A stretch of 64,000 nt of DNA, from contig CAXXLF010000001.1 in the NCBI GenBank assembly GCA_963664015.2, forward strand, positions 192,001 to 256,000, written 5' to 3'. Under the pieces are notes generated by a model, which did no database searches, was not told the DNA's origin, and saw nothing but the letters and a program-made list of their open reading frames with translations. Source of the stretch: Candidatus Binatia bacterium (GTDB lineage Bacteria > Desulfobacterota > Binatia > UBA9968 > CAXXLF01). Below are positions 1 to 8,902 of this stretch, piece after piece. How positions within the stretch are numbered: position 1 is the first letter of the stretch; each line of letters opens with the position of its first letter. The position numbers were made by a program, and so were the translations under genes.

Positions 1-205
1 ACAATGGCGTTATAAAGAACGAACGGGAGTCCGGTAGGGCTCCAGGTAGGGGGTAAAATCAGGTGAGTGAGGATCTTGCTCACTAATTTCCAAAGGGTCG
101 GTGTCTCATTTCATTGACAGGTTCCGCTTTGTCGAACCATATTTAGCTCAGTGCAAACACCGAATGGGAATTAAGATGAAAGGATCAGAGACTGACTCCG
201 AACTT

Positions 206-625
206 TCATGGGTTAGACTCTCTATGCTTAGTAGCCATTTCTAAAAGGATATCCATAAGCGGGAACCCGACCGCCTTTGCTTTCATAGAAGCTGTTCTAT
301 GATATCTTGCAAAGGCATAGGGCACAATTATCGCACTATCAATTACACCATGCCCTTTGGTTATCTCAAGAGCGAAGCCCACTTCTCCTCCCTCCTGTTT
401 ACTCCCGAAACCTACTAAAACCCCTGCGCCAGGATTTCGAGCCAGTCCTTTTTCCTCATAATAATGAAACACCACACTTGACAAACTTATTCCATTTTTT
501 GACAGCCACGGCTCGGCTTCGTTCAGAGCCTCGTGGCCTTTAAGTGCTTTCGTCTTTGATGATCCTCTAATGAAAAAGAACCACGCCGCAATGATTATCG
601 CTAAGAGCCAGAACAGGTTTTCCAT
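206..625 (-). CDS. hypothetical protein with N-terminal membrane anchor
   Basis: 139-aa ORF, AGGAGG RBS, hydrophobic N-terminus LFWLLAIIIAAWFFF; no family recognised. Confidence 0.65.
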   Translation of the reverse strand: MENLFWLLAIIIAAWFFFIRGSSKTKALKGHEALNEAEPWLSKNGISLSSVVFHYYEEKGLARNPGAGVLVGFGSKQEGGEVGFALEITKGHGVIDSAIIVPYAFARYHRTASMKAKAVGFPLMDILLEMATKHRESNP

Positions 626-696
626 TGAATCCTCCTAATTCACACATCCTAAACCTATTAGATCCTCATCTATGATCTTTATGAACTATTACATTC

Positions 697-900
697 TTAG
701 GCATTTTCTAAGTGAAAGTAATAGATCACGATACTAACTATCGATAGAATTAAAGTTAAAGGAGCAACTACCATTTTAGTAGTGAAGAACGTGAGAATTA
801 CCAAGAAAATCCCAATGGCCCACCAGAGGTACACAACATCCGGTCTGTCCCACAGCAAATAAAGCGCTATGGCCCCCAGGATATACGCGAAAATACTCAT
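697..900 (-). CDS. small hydrophobic membrane protein
   Basis: MSIFAYILG... almost entirely hydrophobic (2-3 TM); start chosen at internal ATG 900 of ORF 697..966. Confidence 0.5.
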   Translation of the reverse strand: MSIFAYILGAIALYLLWDRPDVVYLWWAIGIFLVILTFFTTKMVVAPLTLILSIVSIVIYYFHLENA

Positions 901-1263
901 CGTTCTGGGAGCAATAGCACGAAGGAAGAGCTGGTGTCTAGACACGGCACAGCGAGGATCGGACATCTCAAACCCAGCCGCAAATCACCCTGGATATAAG
1001 CGGGAAGGGACACGACTCGTTGGTTCTTCACTAAAGAGAGTTTTATTGTCAATGGTAATTCGGATGAGAGAGTGTTTTGAATTTAGCTTATTGGTGGGAT
1101 ATGAGTTGTGATCCGTCAATAGTATGTGGGATTACTCCTGCGTCAATTAATTCCTTCCGCGTTGGGTACCACATTTTACCCGATGGTACCCTAAATGCCT
1201 TCTCGACCATTTCCCTCTTTATCCCTGACCGGATGAACTCCTTATACACTCAGTAATGCTGGA

Positions 1264-2346
1264 TTACAGCCCGTAGAGCCGTTGTGGGTTCTCGAAGAGG
1301 ATTTTCTCTCTCAAACGCGGCGAGATATCCTCTCTCTCGCTCAACTCCTTCACCATGTCTTCCTGACGCGAAGGGTCGCCGTGAGGGTAGTCCGATCCAG
1401 TCACGAGGCTGTCTTCGCCAATAAACGAAGCGATGTAGTTGAGGTCCTCATCTGCTTCGCAGCCGACGTAGACTCTCCCATCTCGGAAATACTTTGCGGG
1501 ATCGGTAGAGTTTCCCTGCCTTCCCGGATTGGTTTTAACCTGGCGCAACACGAATGGAAGCCAGACACACCCGGATTCCAGGAACGCGAGTTTGAGACGC
1601 GGGAAGGTTTCCATCACCCCCGAGGTCATTAAGCTAAAAAACCCCATCAGGACGGGGAGTATGGCGCTGTAGAAATTCGTGCGGGCATCGAAGACCTCCG
1701 TGTGTTCGGGGCTGCCCCAACCAAGATGAACGCACAGGGGAAGGTCGAGACGTGCCGCTTCCTCGTATAGGGGGAAGAGCGTTGGGTGGCCGAGAACGGG
1801 CTTGTCCCACGCCAGACCGTGAAGCATCACCGACGCCGCGCCGATCCCCTTGACCCGTTTAAGTTCACGGATCGCTTCCGGTATATCCCTTATGGGCAAT
1901 AAGGCTGCGAACATGATACGGCCGTTTGACTGGGTAAATACGTTACCCAGAAAGCTGTTGTAGGCGCGCAGTAGCGCAGCCTCGAACTCGACATCGTCCG
2001 TGGTCGTGCTCAGAAATAGGCTAGGGTATACGATTTGCTTGTCAATCCCCATTTTGTCGAGGTCTTTGAGCCGCGCGGCTACATCGGTCAGCTCCTGGGC
2101 TGGTATCGATTCATGCTTTTGCTTTGCGGATTCCATCAGCGTGGGGGTGCGAAAGATGACCCCGCCTTTGCCAATGAGTTTGGGATACACCTTTCCATCG
2201 ATCAGCCACACTGCGTTGTTGGCGCCGTACACGGTGTCCCGGGCAAACCCGAGGGGAAGCGGCCTGCGCTCACGATACTTGTCTTCGATCAATTCAAACA
2301 TTGCTGGGGATTCTTCGATGTGCCCGTCCGCGTCAATAACAACCAT
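1264..2346 (-). CDS. amidohydrolase family protein (Amidohydro_2, decarboxylase/hydratase type)
   Basis: IDADGH N-terminal metal motif, LCVH, FLESG, GSDYPH, ENPxRLY; AGGAGG RBS. Confidence 0.9.
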   Translation of the reverse strand: MVVIDADGHIEESPAMFELIEDKYRERRPLPLGFARDTVYGANNAVWLIDGKVYPKLIGKGGVIFRTPTLMESAKQKHESIPAQELTDVAARLKDLDKMGIDKQIVYPSLFLSTTTDDVEFEAALLRAYNSFLGNVFTQSNGRIMFAALLPIRDIPEAIRELKRVKGIGAASVMLHGLAWDKPVLGHPTLFPLYEEAARLDLPLCVHLGWGSPEHTEVFDARTNFYSAILPVLMGFFSLMTSGVMETFPRLKLAFLESGCVWLPFVLRQVKTNPGRQGNSTDPAKYFRDGRVYVGCEADEDLNYIASFIGEDSLVTGSDYPHGDPSRQEDMVKELSEREDISPRLREKILFENPQRLYGL

Positions 2347-2644
2347 GTTACCCTCCTGAGCGTGTACTTAAATGTCGGAACCTACAGGCATCCTCAATAT
2401 ATCACGGCTATTGGGGGAGTAAAGGGGGTCGAGAGGAGGGCAGGGGGGGGGAGCGGCCGCCAAGAGGAGTCTTAAGAGGAACAATAAAGAGCAAACGAGA
2501 TTGAAAGGCCTCCCTAAATTCATATGCTGCTCAGTACCCTTCAAGTTACTAGACAATGCCTCATTCATGGCCTTCTCCATTCCGCCATAGAGAATATCCT
2601 AAGCCTAATCATAGTTTCGGGCTAAAGCAAAGCTGATTACCAGG

Positions 2645-2673
2645 TTGACAGCCCTTTGGAGTAGTGGGAGAAT
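2645..2673 (+). promoter_or_regulatory. putative sigma70 promoter
   Basis: TTGACA-17nt-GAGAAT upstream of the + strand genes. Confidence 0.4.
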
Positions 2674-2835
2674 TACGTCGCCTATGAGATCACCATGCAT
2701 CCGACTATGGAAGTGTCATCATAGCTTTTCTAGCTTAATGGTCAGCCTCATTTTGAGGCCATAGCACTTGCAACAGCTCAGGTCGAGCAGTCAAAGGAGA
2801 AACCTTATAATTCCTGTGCCGAAAGACCAACATTA

Positions 2836-3033
2836 TTGAGCCTAATAGATCAGAAAGAGAGTGCAGGCATTGCTATGACAATGACGGAAACTCGAACTGG
2901 TCAAAAAATGACTCCAGAAGAGGCCGTAGAGAAATATATTTCTAAATGTTATAAGAAGCTTTCAACTCTACCTGGCCTTAAAGAATTACAAATATTCACC
3001 AAACCTTTGGAAACTAAGCTGGAGTTTATGTAG
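2836..3033 (+). CDS. short hypothetical protein / possible gene remnant
   Basis: AT-rich 65-aa ORF; no family recognised. Confidence 0.3.
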   Translation: MSLIDQKESAGIAMTMTETRTGQKMTPEEAVEKYISKCYKKLSTLPGLKELQIFTKPLETKLEFM

Positions 3034-3092
3034 TGGTGTTACGGAACAGGCGAGAAAAGACTAGGCCTTAACTGGGTTCCCCAGCGTTATCC

Positions 3093-4274
3093 ATGGCCAA
3101 ATACCTTTACCGCTCCTGTTCGATTATAAGTTTAGTCGCGGCTTTCAGCACGATCTTCGCCTACGAGGTCCATGGCTGGGGAGATACAGCTCATAGAATA
3201 ATCTGTGAGATTGCCTTCCGAGAGGCGAATACTGCTGCACAAGCTGAGGTGAAGCGGCTAATTCGCTTGGACCCTGAGTTCTCCACCTTCTCAGATTCAT
3301 GCACTTGGCCAGATCATCCACGAAAACGTGCCAGTGAACATTTCGTGAATCTGCCACGTTCAGCTACTCAGCTTGAAAATTATCCATGTCCACTGGCTGA
3401 CAAGTGCCTTGTGACAGCAGTAAATGCCGACCTTGCGATTATTGCTGATTCCGCTGGCATTGACACGAATAGGCTCATGGCATTGAAGTTCCTTGGGCAT
3501 TGGGTTGGTGACGTTCACCAGCCACTGCATGTGTCTTTCAGGGATGATCGCGGGGGAAACTCCATCAAGGAGACGGGACCATGTTCAGGGAACCTTCATT
3601 CCGTGTGGGATGGCTGTATTCTTATTAGAAAACTCGGCAGGGACATCGGGAGCATTGCCACTGATCTACGTGGAGCCGTTACCCCGGCTGATCGTAACCA
3701 ATGGAACAACACAGCTCCAAAGATGTGGGCCAATGAGTCCTTCGAGATCGCAACGTCTGGCGCAGTTGAATATTGCATCAAAAAAGACAGTGAATGTTGG
3801 TACGCAGCCGACAATAGGGAACTTGACCCCAATGAGGCAAGACGAGTGGTTGTTGTTGACAACGCCTATATGGAGAGGCAACTCCCAACTGTCAAAACAC
3901 GCCTCACTCATGCTGGTGTTCGCCTTGGTCACCTGCTCAATCAGGCCTTGGGCGGTCAACATGAGAAAGACCCTATGGCAAGATTCAATATTACCAATTT
4001 AGCGACACGTATTCGTAAGACTGGGGCCATTGGCTTTTTCACGAAACTGACACTCAAAAACCAGATTGATGATCTGCTTAGCGAATTTCAAAGGTTTCAT
4101 ACAGGATCTGGTGACATTGAGCTTCCTGTTTTAAATGACCATTTCAATCTTCTGCTCATGAAAGTCATTACGTTGTTACAGGATGATGATCCAAAGTTAT
4201 TTCAGGACATTGTGAGTGCTCGGGAGATTTTATGGATTAACCTCGCCGATCCCGAAAGGTTCCAACGGTTATGA
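3093..4274 (+). CDS. secreted S1/P1 nuclease with extra ~100-aa C-terminal helical domain
   Basis: signal peptide then WGDTAH, WPD, HFVN, HWVGDVHQPLH, DRGGN, NLHSVWD motifs of S1/P1 nucleases. Confidence 0.9.
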   Translation: MAKYLYRSCSIISLVAAFSTIFAYEVHGWGDTAHRIICEIAFREANTAAQAEVKRLIRLDPEFSTFSDSCTWPDHPRKRASEHFVNLPRSATQLENYPCPLADKCLVTAVNADLAIIADSAGIDTNRLMALKFLGHWVGDVHQPLHVSFRDDRGGNSIKETGPCSGNLHSVWDGCILIRKLGRDIGSIATDLRGAVTPADRNQWNNTAPKMWANESFEIATSGAVEYCIKKDSECWYAADNRELDPNEARRVVVVDNAYMERQLPTVKTRLTHAGVRLGHLLNQALGGQHEKDPMARFNITNLATRIRKTGAIGFFTKLTLKNQIDDLLSEFQRFHTGSGDIELPVLNDHFNLLLMKVITLLQDDDPKLFQDIVSAREILWINLADPERFQRL

Positions 4275-4297
4275 TGCCGAGCGATAAGGAGAGGTCC

Positions 4298-4537
4298 ATG
4301 CGCATCAGCAATTCACCAGTTGCATTTTTGTTCACCGTTCTTTTACTGTCCCAGGCTGGTTCTTTCAATACAGCCAAGGACCTCAGCACCGTCATCACCC
4401 TTCAGGGTAAGCCCTGTGGCACGGTGACGAGTTTCGAGAAGCTCGGTGACAACGACTATCTTGCCCAGTGCTCTTCCGGTGATGTGTACCGTGTATATGT
4501 CAACAACAAGGGCCGTGTCATTGTTGTGAAGCGGTGA
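4298..4537 (+). CDS. small secreted two-cysteine hypothetical protein
   Basis: AGGAGAGG RBS before ATG 4298, signal-like N-terminus, GKPC...YLAQCSSG. Confidence 0.65.
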   Translation: MRISNSPVAFLFTVLLLSQAGSFNTAKDLSTVITLQGKPCGTVTSFEKLGDNDYLAQCSSGDVYRVYVNNKGRVIVVKR

Positions 4538-4785
4538 TTGGTTTCTATGTCCAAGTGGAGTTGATGGCAAGCAATGGCGGGTAATATGGCAACAGTAGAC
4601 AAAGGCGGACAGGTGTGGGAGTTGAGGTGATGGATTCTCAGGTTGGCGCATTCTTCACCCGCCCCCCTACTTTGCCCATTCTCAACTCTAAGGACAGGGG
4701 TTAGAGACACCTATCTGCCCGGTGTAAGGGTAGTACTAGGATTAGGGTGCTGAGAGTCCAAATTAAGAGCGTTAACGATATTGGT

Positions 4786-5241
4786 TTACTCACCCTTGGG
4801 CCCCTTATCCTCTATTATGGAAGCTGCCAGCTTGGCTAATAGCCTGTCCTCATCCTCCAGATCACGTTTGTTGATGACGGCTACGTTCTCGGTGCTCTCT
4901 CCCGCCTGAAGGCGCTCCTTGTCAAAGATGATGCCGTAGACCACCGCTGCCTGCGCTGCACTTGCTGCTGGTAGCTTGTCCTCAATCTGGATTAGACACT
5001 TTTGGGAAAGTTCCAGGGTACCGGTTTGTAGCTGCTTTTTTACCTCGTTCCGGTACTCCTTGAACCGTTCATCGTTATTCAGGATCTCACGCCATTCGGG
5101 TTCTCCATAAATGATGCCGTAAATAGTCCGTCGTGGAATCCCCGTAGCCTCGACTATCTCACCCATTCGGATTCCAGCCTCATGCAAGGCCGCGGCCCTC
5201 GCTGCATCTGGTAGGCTTGTGCGGTGTCGTCCTTTCGCCAT
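4786..5241 (-). CDS. HTH protein, phage terminase small subunit-like
   Basis: N-terminal HTH (MGEIVEATGIPRRTIYGI), helical middle, C-terminal GIIFDKERLQAGESTENV resembling TerS-like proteins; GAGG RBS. Confidence 0.55.
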   Translation of the reverse strand: MAKGRHRTSLPDAARAAALHEAGIRMGEIVEATGIPRRTIYGIIYGEPEWREILNNDERFKEYRNEVKKQLQTGTLELSQKCLIQIEDKLPAASAAQAAVVYGIIFDKERLQAGESTENVAVINKRDLEDEDRLLAKLAASIIEDKGPKGE

Positions 5242-5613
5242 TGTGTGTTACCTCTCATTGATTGAATAACCCCTTTTTTAAATTTGGTAAATCAGGCTAG
5301 GGGACCCCTTATGTGATGCCCCTGGGGGGGGCACCTTTGGTCCCGTGAGTGAATTTGCCTACCTCCCCTACCCCATATGCCCATACCGGGGGGTGTGCCG
5401 CCTTGCCCTTGTCGCTGCTCGCCCTGTAGCATCTCTCAGGGATTCAATATCGAAACACCTGGATACCACCTCGTTCACCGTGCCCGTTTACCGTTCCCGA
5501 CCCTTGGGCTTAGGCCTATCCACCTCCCCAGCGGACATGCACCCCTTGTGGTCAAGCGCCGCCTTGTGCCTTGGTTTCGCCGTTCGTTTCATCTGAACCC
5601 CCTTCTGGAGACT

Positions 5614-5812
5614 CGGACAAAACACGGACAGGCAACGAACAAGGCTTACCAGTCAAGGGATATTTAGGGAACCATAGATTGGCAGTCCAGGGTTCAGGGC
5701 CAGGATAGCCCCCAAATTCGCTGGATCTAGACCACGGTAAGGACCCACCCGTTTTGAACTGGGCGGTATATGGCCCTTGGATGGGTCCATTCCACTGTCC
5801 GATAACTGTCCG
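5614..5812. repeat. two oppositely oriented pairs of TGTCCG repeats, 11-bp period (integrase arm-site-like)
   Basis: CGGACA at 5614 and 5625; ACTGTCCG at 5794 and 5805. Confidence 0.5.
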
Positions 5813-5918
5813 TGAATAGGTCCCTACAATTCCCCAAAGATGCGTCACGGGGGCTTATCAGGCCCCAATAACCGTTGGTTTTTATTGCATGGGTTGGTTG
5901 TTGTGAGTATACGAATAC

Positions 5919-5964
5919 AATCGCACTCTAGAGGTCGTAGGTTCGATCCCCATCGGCTCCACCA
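5919..5964 (+). pseudogene. 3' half of tRNA-Ala(CGC); attR-like site
   Basis: AATCGCACTCTAGAGGTC-GTAGG-TTCGATC-CCCAT-CGGCTCC-A-CCA: anticodon loop, T-arm (one mismatch), acceptor 3' strand and CCA present, but no 5' half upstream. Confidence 0.8.
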
Positions 5965-6071
5965 TTCGATTCACCCTTCGATAAGCTCAGGGCTCGCTCA
6001 TGGCACGCCAGTAAAGATTAACTAACAACCTACCACGGCAGGTCGAATGGTGCCCCGAGCCTGTCGAGGGG
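5961..6071. repeat. REP-like palindromic element
   Basis: CCCTTCGATAAGCTCAGGGC (5974-5993) is an imperfect inverted repeat of GCCCCGAGCCTGTCGAGGGG (6052-6071); ACCATTCGA/TCGAATGGT also pair. Confidence 0.55.
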
Positions 6072-6201
6072 CAATCAATTTTCCTAGATCTTCACTTGCG
6101 GCGATTCCGCCAATTTTGCTAAACAAATTTTTGGAACATAGGACAATGGAAAATGTTTAAATGCAGTCTAATGTTCTATAGATCGACTATCCCAAGCTTC
6201 A

Positions 6202-6627
6202 TCATTCCGTCGAGTCAGGATTTGGAAACACCATTGCCTCTCTTGAAAAACGAGTCAATCCCCCATACCCCATGCTTGCAATGTAGAGGAATAGAAAAGA
6301 ATAGAAGACCGCTCGTTCTCCCTGGTTTAACATAGGCCAAAATCCACGATGGAAGTGTCCCATAAAATAGGCAACGGCCATCTCCCCACTCGCCACAAAA
6401 GCCGCGTAACCTGTAAGGAACCCCACCGCAATCATCAAACCGCCAAGGAACTCGATGGAACCGGCCAACCCCGTAAGGGAAAAGAGAGGAGCGGCCGTAT
6501 CGGTTCCTCCCCTTCCGCCAAATACTCCAAATATTTTTCGGGATCCATTACAGGCAAAGAGGAGACCTACGACAATACGCATCAACGCATAAGCATACTG
6601 GGAATACAGTCCTAAGAATCTTTCCAA
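6202..6627 (-). CDS. DoxX family membrane protein
   Basis: LMRIVVGLLF, GSRKIFG, IEFLGGLMIAVGFLT, SGEMAVAYF, NQGE motifs; TTG start after AAGGAGG. Confidence 0.85.
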   Translation of the reverse strand: MERFLGLYSQYAYALMRIVVGLLFACNGSRKIFGVFGGRGGTDTAAPLFSLTGLAGSIEFLGGLMIAVGFLTGYAAFVASGEMAVAYFMGHFHRGFWPMLNQGERAVFYSFLFLYIASMGYGGLTRFSREAMVFPNPDSTE

Positions 6628-6674
6628 AAAGTACCTCCTTGAAGGAAACAGCCTCCAATGAAGCAGGCCACAGC

Positions 6675-7856
6675 TCAATAGATAAAACGAGGACGCAACC
6701 GCAAGATGCGGTCATCCTGTGGCGTGGGGCTGCCACGACCGTCTTGGTTACTAGTGGCGAGGTACAATTCCCCCTGGGGTCCCACCAGGACATCACGGAG
6801 ACGACCGAATTTTCCCTTGAAGTGAACTTCCTGCCTAACAACACGGTTTCCATCGGGTGAAAATTGAAGGCGAAAAAGCGCCTGGCCGCGCAGGGTGGTA
6901 AAAAGTAGACTTCCCCTCCAACCGGGGATAAGATCCCCACTGTAAATGTCTGCACCCGAGGGCGCGACTGTTGGAGTCCATGCGGCCATGGGTTCAATGA
7001 TTTTATGCTTCGAGCAGAATTCTTTTTCACCCCACGCATCGCCGTCGCAGAATCCCCGCACCTTGGGCCAACCGTAGTTTCCACCCTTCACGATCCTGTT
7101 GACCTCGTCGTTATCCGCAGGACCGTGCTCCGTGATATATAGAGCTCTGTTGGATGGATGGAATACAATTCCCTGGGGGTTTCGATGCCCATAGGAATAG
7201 ACCGCGGTGCCAAAGGGATTATCTGCCGGGACTTCTCCGTTTAGCGTGAGGCGAAGGACCTTCCCTGCCAATGACGTCCTCTCCTGTGCCAGTGACTTAT
7301 CCTGGGCATCACCGGTTGTCATATAGAGCATTCGATCCGGCCCAACAACCAGGCGAGAACCGTTATGATTCCCGGCCCCTGGAATACCATCCAGAAGGAT
7401 TTGCTCGCTTACCAGCGCAGAACCGTTATAACGCATCCGTACGAGTCGATTCAGCAATTCATCGTTCTCTTCATACGAGTAAACGAGATAGACATAGGGA
7501 TTCGTAGTAAAGTCTGGGTGGAAGACCATACCCATAAGCCCGCTCTCGCTAACCTCCGTCACATCAATTCGACCGACAGGCGACACCTTTCCGGTAGCTG
7601 GATGGAGACGGAAAACCATACCCCTACGTTCGGTGAACCAGATGCTCCCGTCTGGACCCCAGTTTATGTCCCATGGGGTATCCAATCCTGATTTGATCGT
7701 CTCGAAAGAGAATTCGCCGGTGAATTTGCCGGATTGGACAGCGGCTCGTTGTTCTCGACCGGACGGTATGGGGGTTGCCCCACGTCCAGTTCCTGTCCTC
7801 AGACCCAAAAGAACAAAGAGTAAAACAATCAGGTTCAACCATCGCCAATAATTCAT
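6675..7856 (-). CDS. PQQ-dependent aldose sugar dehydrogenase (GSDH family), secreted
   Basis: GLDTPW, HNGSRL, GHRNPQG, EHGP..DEVN, NYGWP, GRLRDV motifs; signal peptide. Confidence 0.9.
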   Translation of the reverse strand: MNYWRWLNLIVLLFVLLGLRTGTGRGATPIPSGREQRAAVQSGKFTGEFSFETIKSGLDTPWDINWGPDGSIWFTERRGMVFRLHPATGKVSPVGRIDVTEVSESGLMGMVFHPDFTTNPYVYLVYSYEENDELLNRLVRMRYNGSALVSEQILLDGIPGAGNHNGSRLVVGPDRMLYMTTGDAQDKSLAQERTSLAGKVLRLTLNGEVPADNPFGTAVYSYGHRNPQGIVFHPSNRALYITEHGPADNDEVNRIVKGGNYGWPKVRGFCDGDAWGEKEFCSKHKIIEPMAAWTPTVAPSGADIYSGDLIPGWRGSLLFTTLRGQALFRLQFSPDGNRVVRQEVHFKGKFGRLRDVLVGPQGELYLATSNQDGRGSPTPQDDRILRLRPRFIY

Positions 7857-8157
7857 TGAAGGCAATCCGCTAATCAGGTTCCATCTAATTCCGCTACCAA
7901 CATCATAACAGATATCTCGAATACTTTAGCACTCCTAATTATCCTATTGGAAACCCCCGTAGGGGGCCCCATCCTATGAGCAAATAGCTCCATTAGGAAA
8001 AAAATTATCTTACATCTCGCGCCTTTTCAGCCGCCTAAGTTTTCGTTCAATAGAGTTGGGGTCATTCGTACAATTCTGTAACGCATGTCTTATTTTCAAA
8101 CGGCCACACTAAGTAGGGAAGATGCTCAAAGATCATTGGGAATCGGCACTTACCGAT

Positions 8158-8174
8158 TAGGCATATTCCTTGCT
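8158..8174 (+). promoter_or_regulatory. putative sigma54 promoter
   Basis: TAGGCATATTCCTTGCT = GG-N10-GC at -24/-12, ~100 nt before ORF 8276. Confidence 0.55.
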
Positions 8175-8275
8175 GGAGTGTCACGGAAATACACAAAGGC
8201 GGGGAGAAAAAAACACTGGAGTTTACGGCAGGCAACTGTGAGTAAAAATAAAGTTCTCTTTTTGAGAAGATAACC

Positions 8276-8902
8276 ATGAATTACCGAGGCATTAAGATTA
8301 TCGAACTTACCCGTCTGCCTCTGGCATTGATTCCAGTCACCGCTGGCGCCAATGGTTCCCACGGCCATAAAAGCAATCACGAGGACCGTAGCTACCATGG
8401 AGAAAAGGACCTCGACGAGGATAACGGGTACCGTGGCGGAAGACAGACAAGACTCAAGAAAGAACTATCCGAATCAAGCTGTAACAGTATTGAGGGACGG
8501 GGCCTTTACTACGCCTATTGCGAGGTCTTGGATTGTGACAGTGGGGAAAATAAGGACAGGAGAATCTATCAGGGCTTATCCCGTCGTTATGGACGAGTCA
8601 CCCGAACGAATACCCCGCCGTCGTGCACCGCTGCCATCGAGACCATCTCCCAATCCGCATCTTGTCCATGCTTCAGGAATCTATCTGAAGCGGGGTTTAC
8701 CAACGTTGCCATTTGCAATAATACCAATGGTATCGCCCAGGTAAGCGAATTCAACGGCACCATTTTCCTAGTCGCTGAGGGAGGGGCAACCTCTACATTT
8801 CCCGGGTGCAGTCTGAACGATGCAAAACAGTTATCGATACCAAATGACGAAGCCACTGCGTGTGTGAGTATAATCGAAGATTTTTGCCCGCCGAATGGTT
8901 AG
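8276..8902 (+). CDS. cysteine-rich hypothetical, probably secreted protein
   Basis: 208 aa, His/charged linker, AYCEVLDCD and CPCF motifs, many Cys. Confidence 0.55.
   Translation: MNYRGIKIIELTRLPLALIPVTAGANGSHGHKSNHEDRSYHGEKDLDEDNGYRGGRQTRLKKELSESSCNSIEGRGLYYAYCEVLDCDSGENKDRRIYQGLSRRYGRVTRTNTPPSCTAAIETISQSASCPCFRNLSEAGFTNVAICNNTNGIAQVSEFNGTIFLVAEGGATSTFPGCSLNDAKQLSIPNDEATACVSIIEDFCPPNG

Larger units (their letters stand above)
1..5964. mobile_element. right-hand part of a genomic island/prophage remnant integrated at tRNA-Ala(CGC)
   Basis: terminal tRNA 3' fragment, arm-like repeats, TerS-like gene, heterogeneous cargo; left end and integrase not in window. Confidence 0.6.

Noticed and set aside
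5880-5964. intact tRNA-Ala gene
   Set aside because: 5' acceptor strand and D-arm are missing
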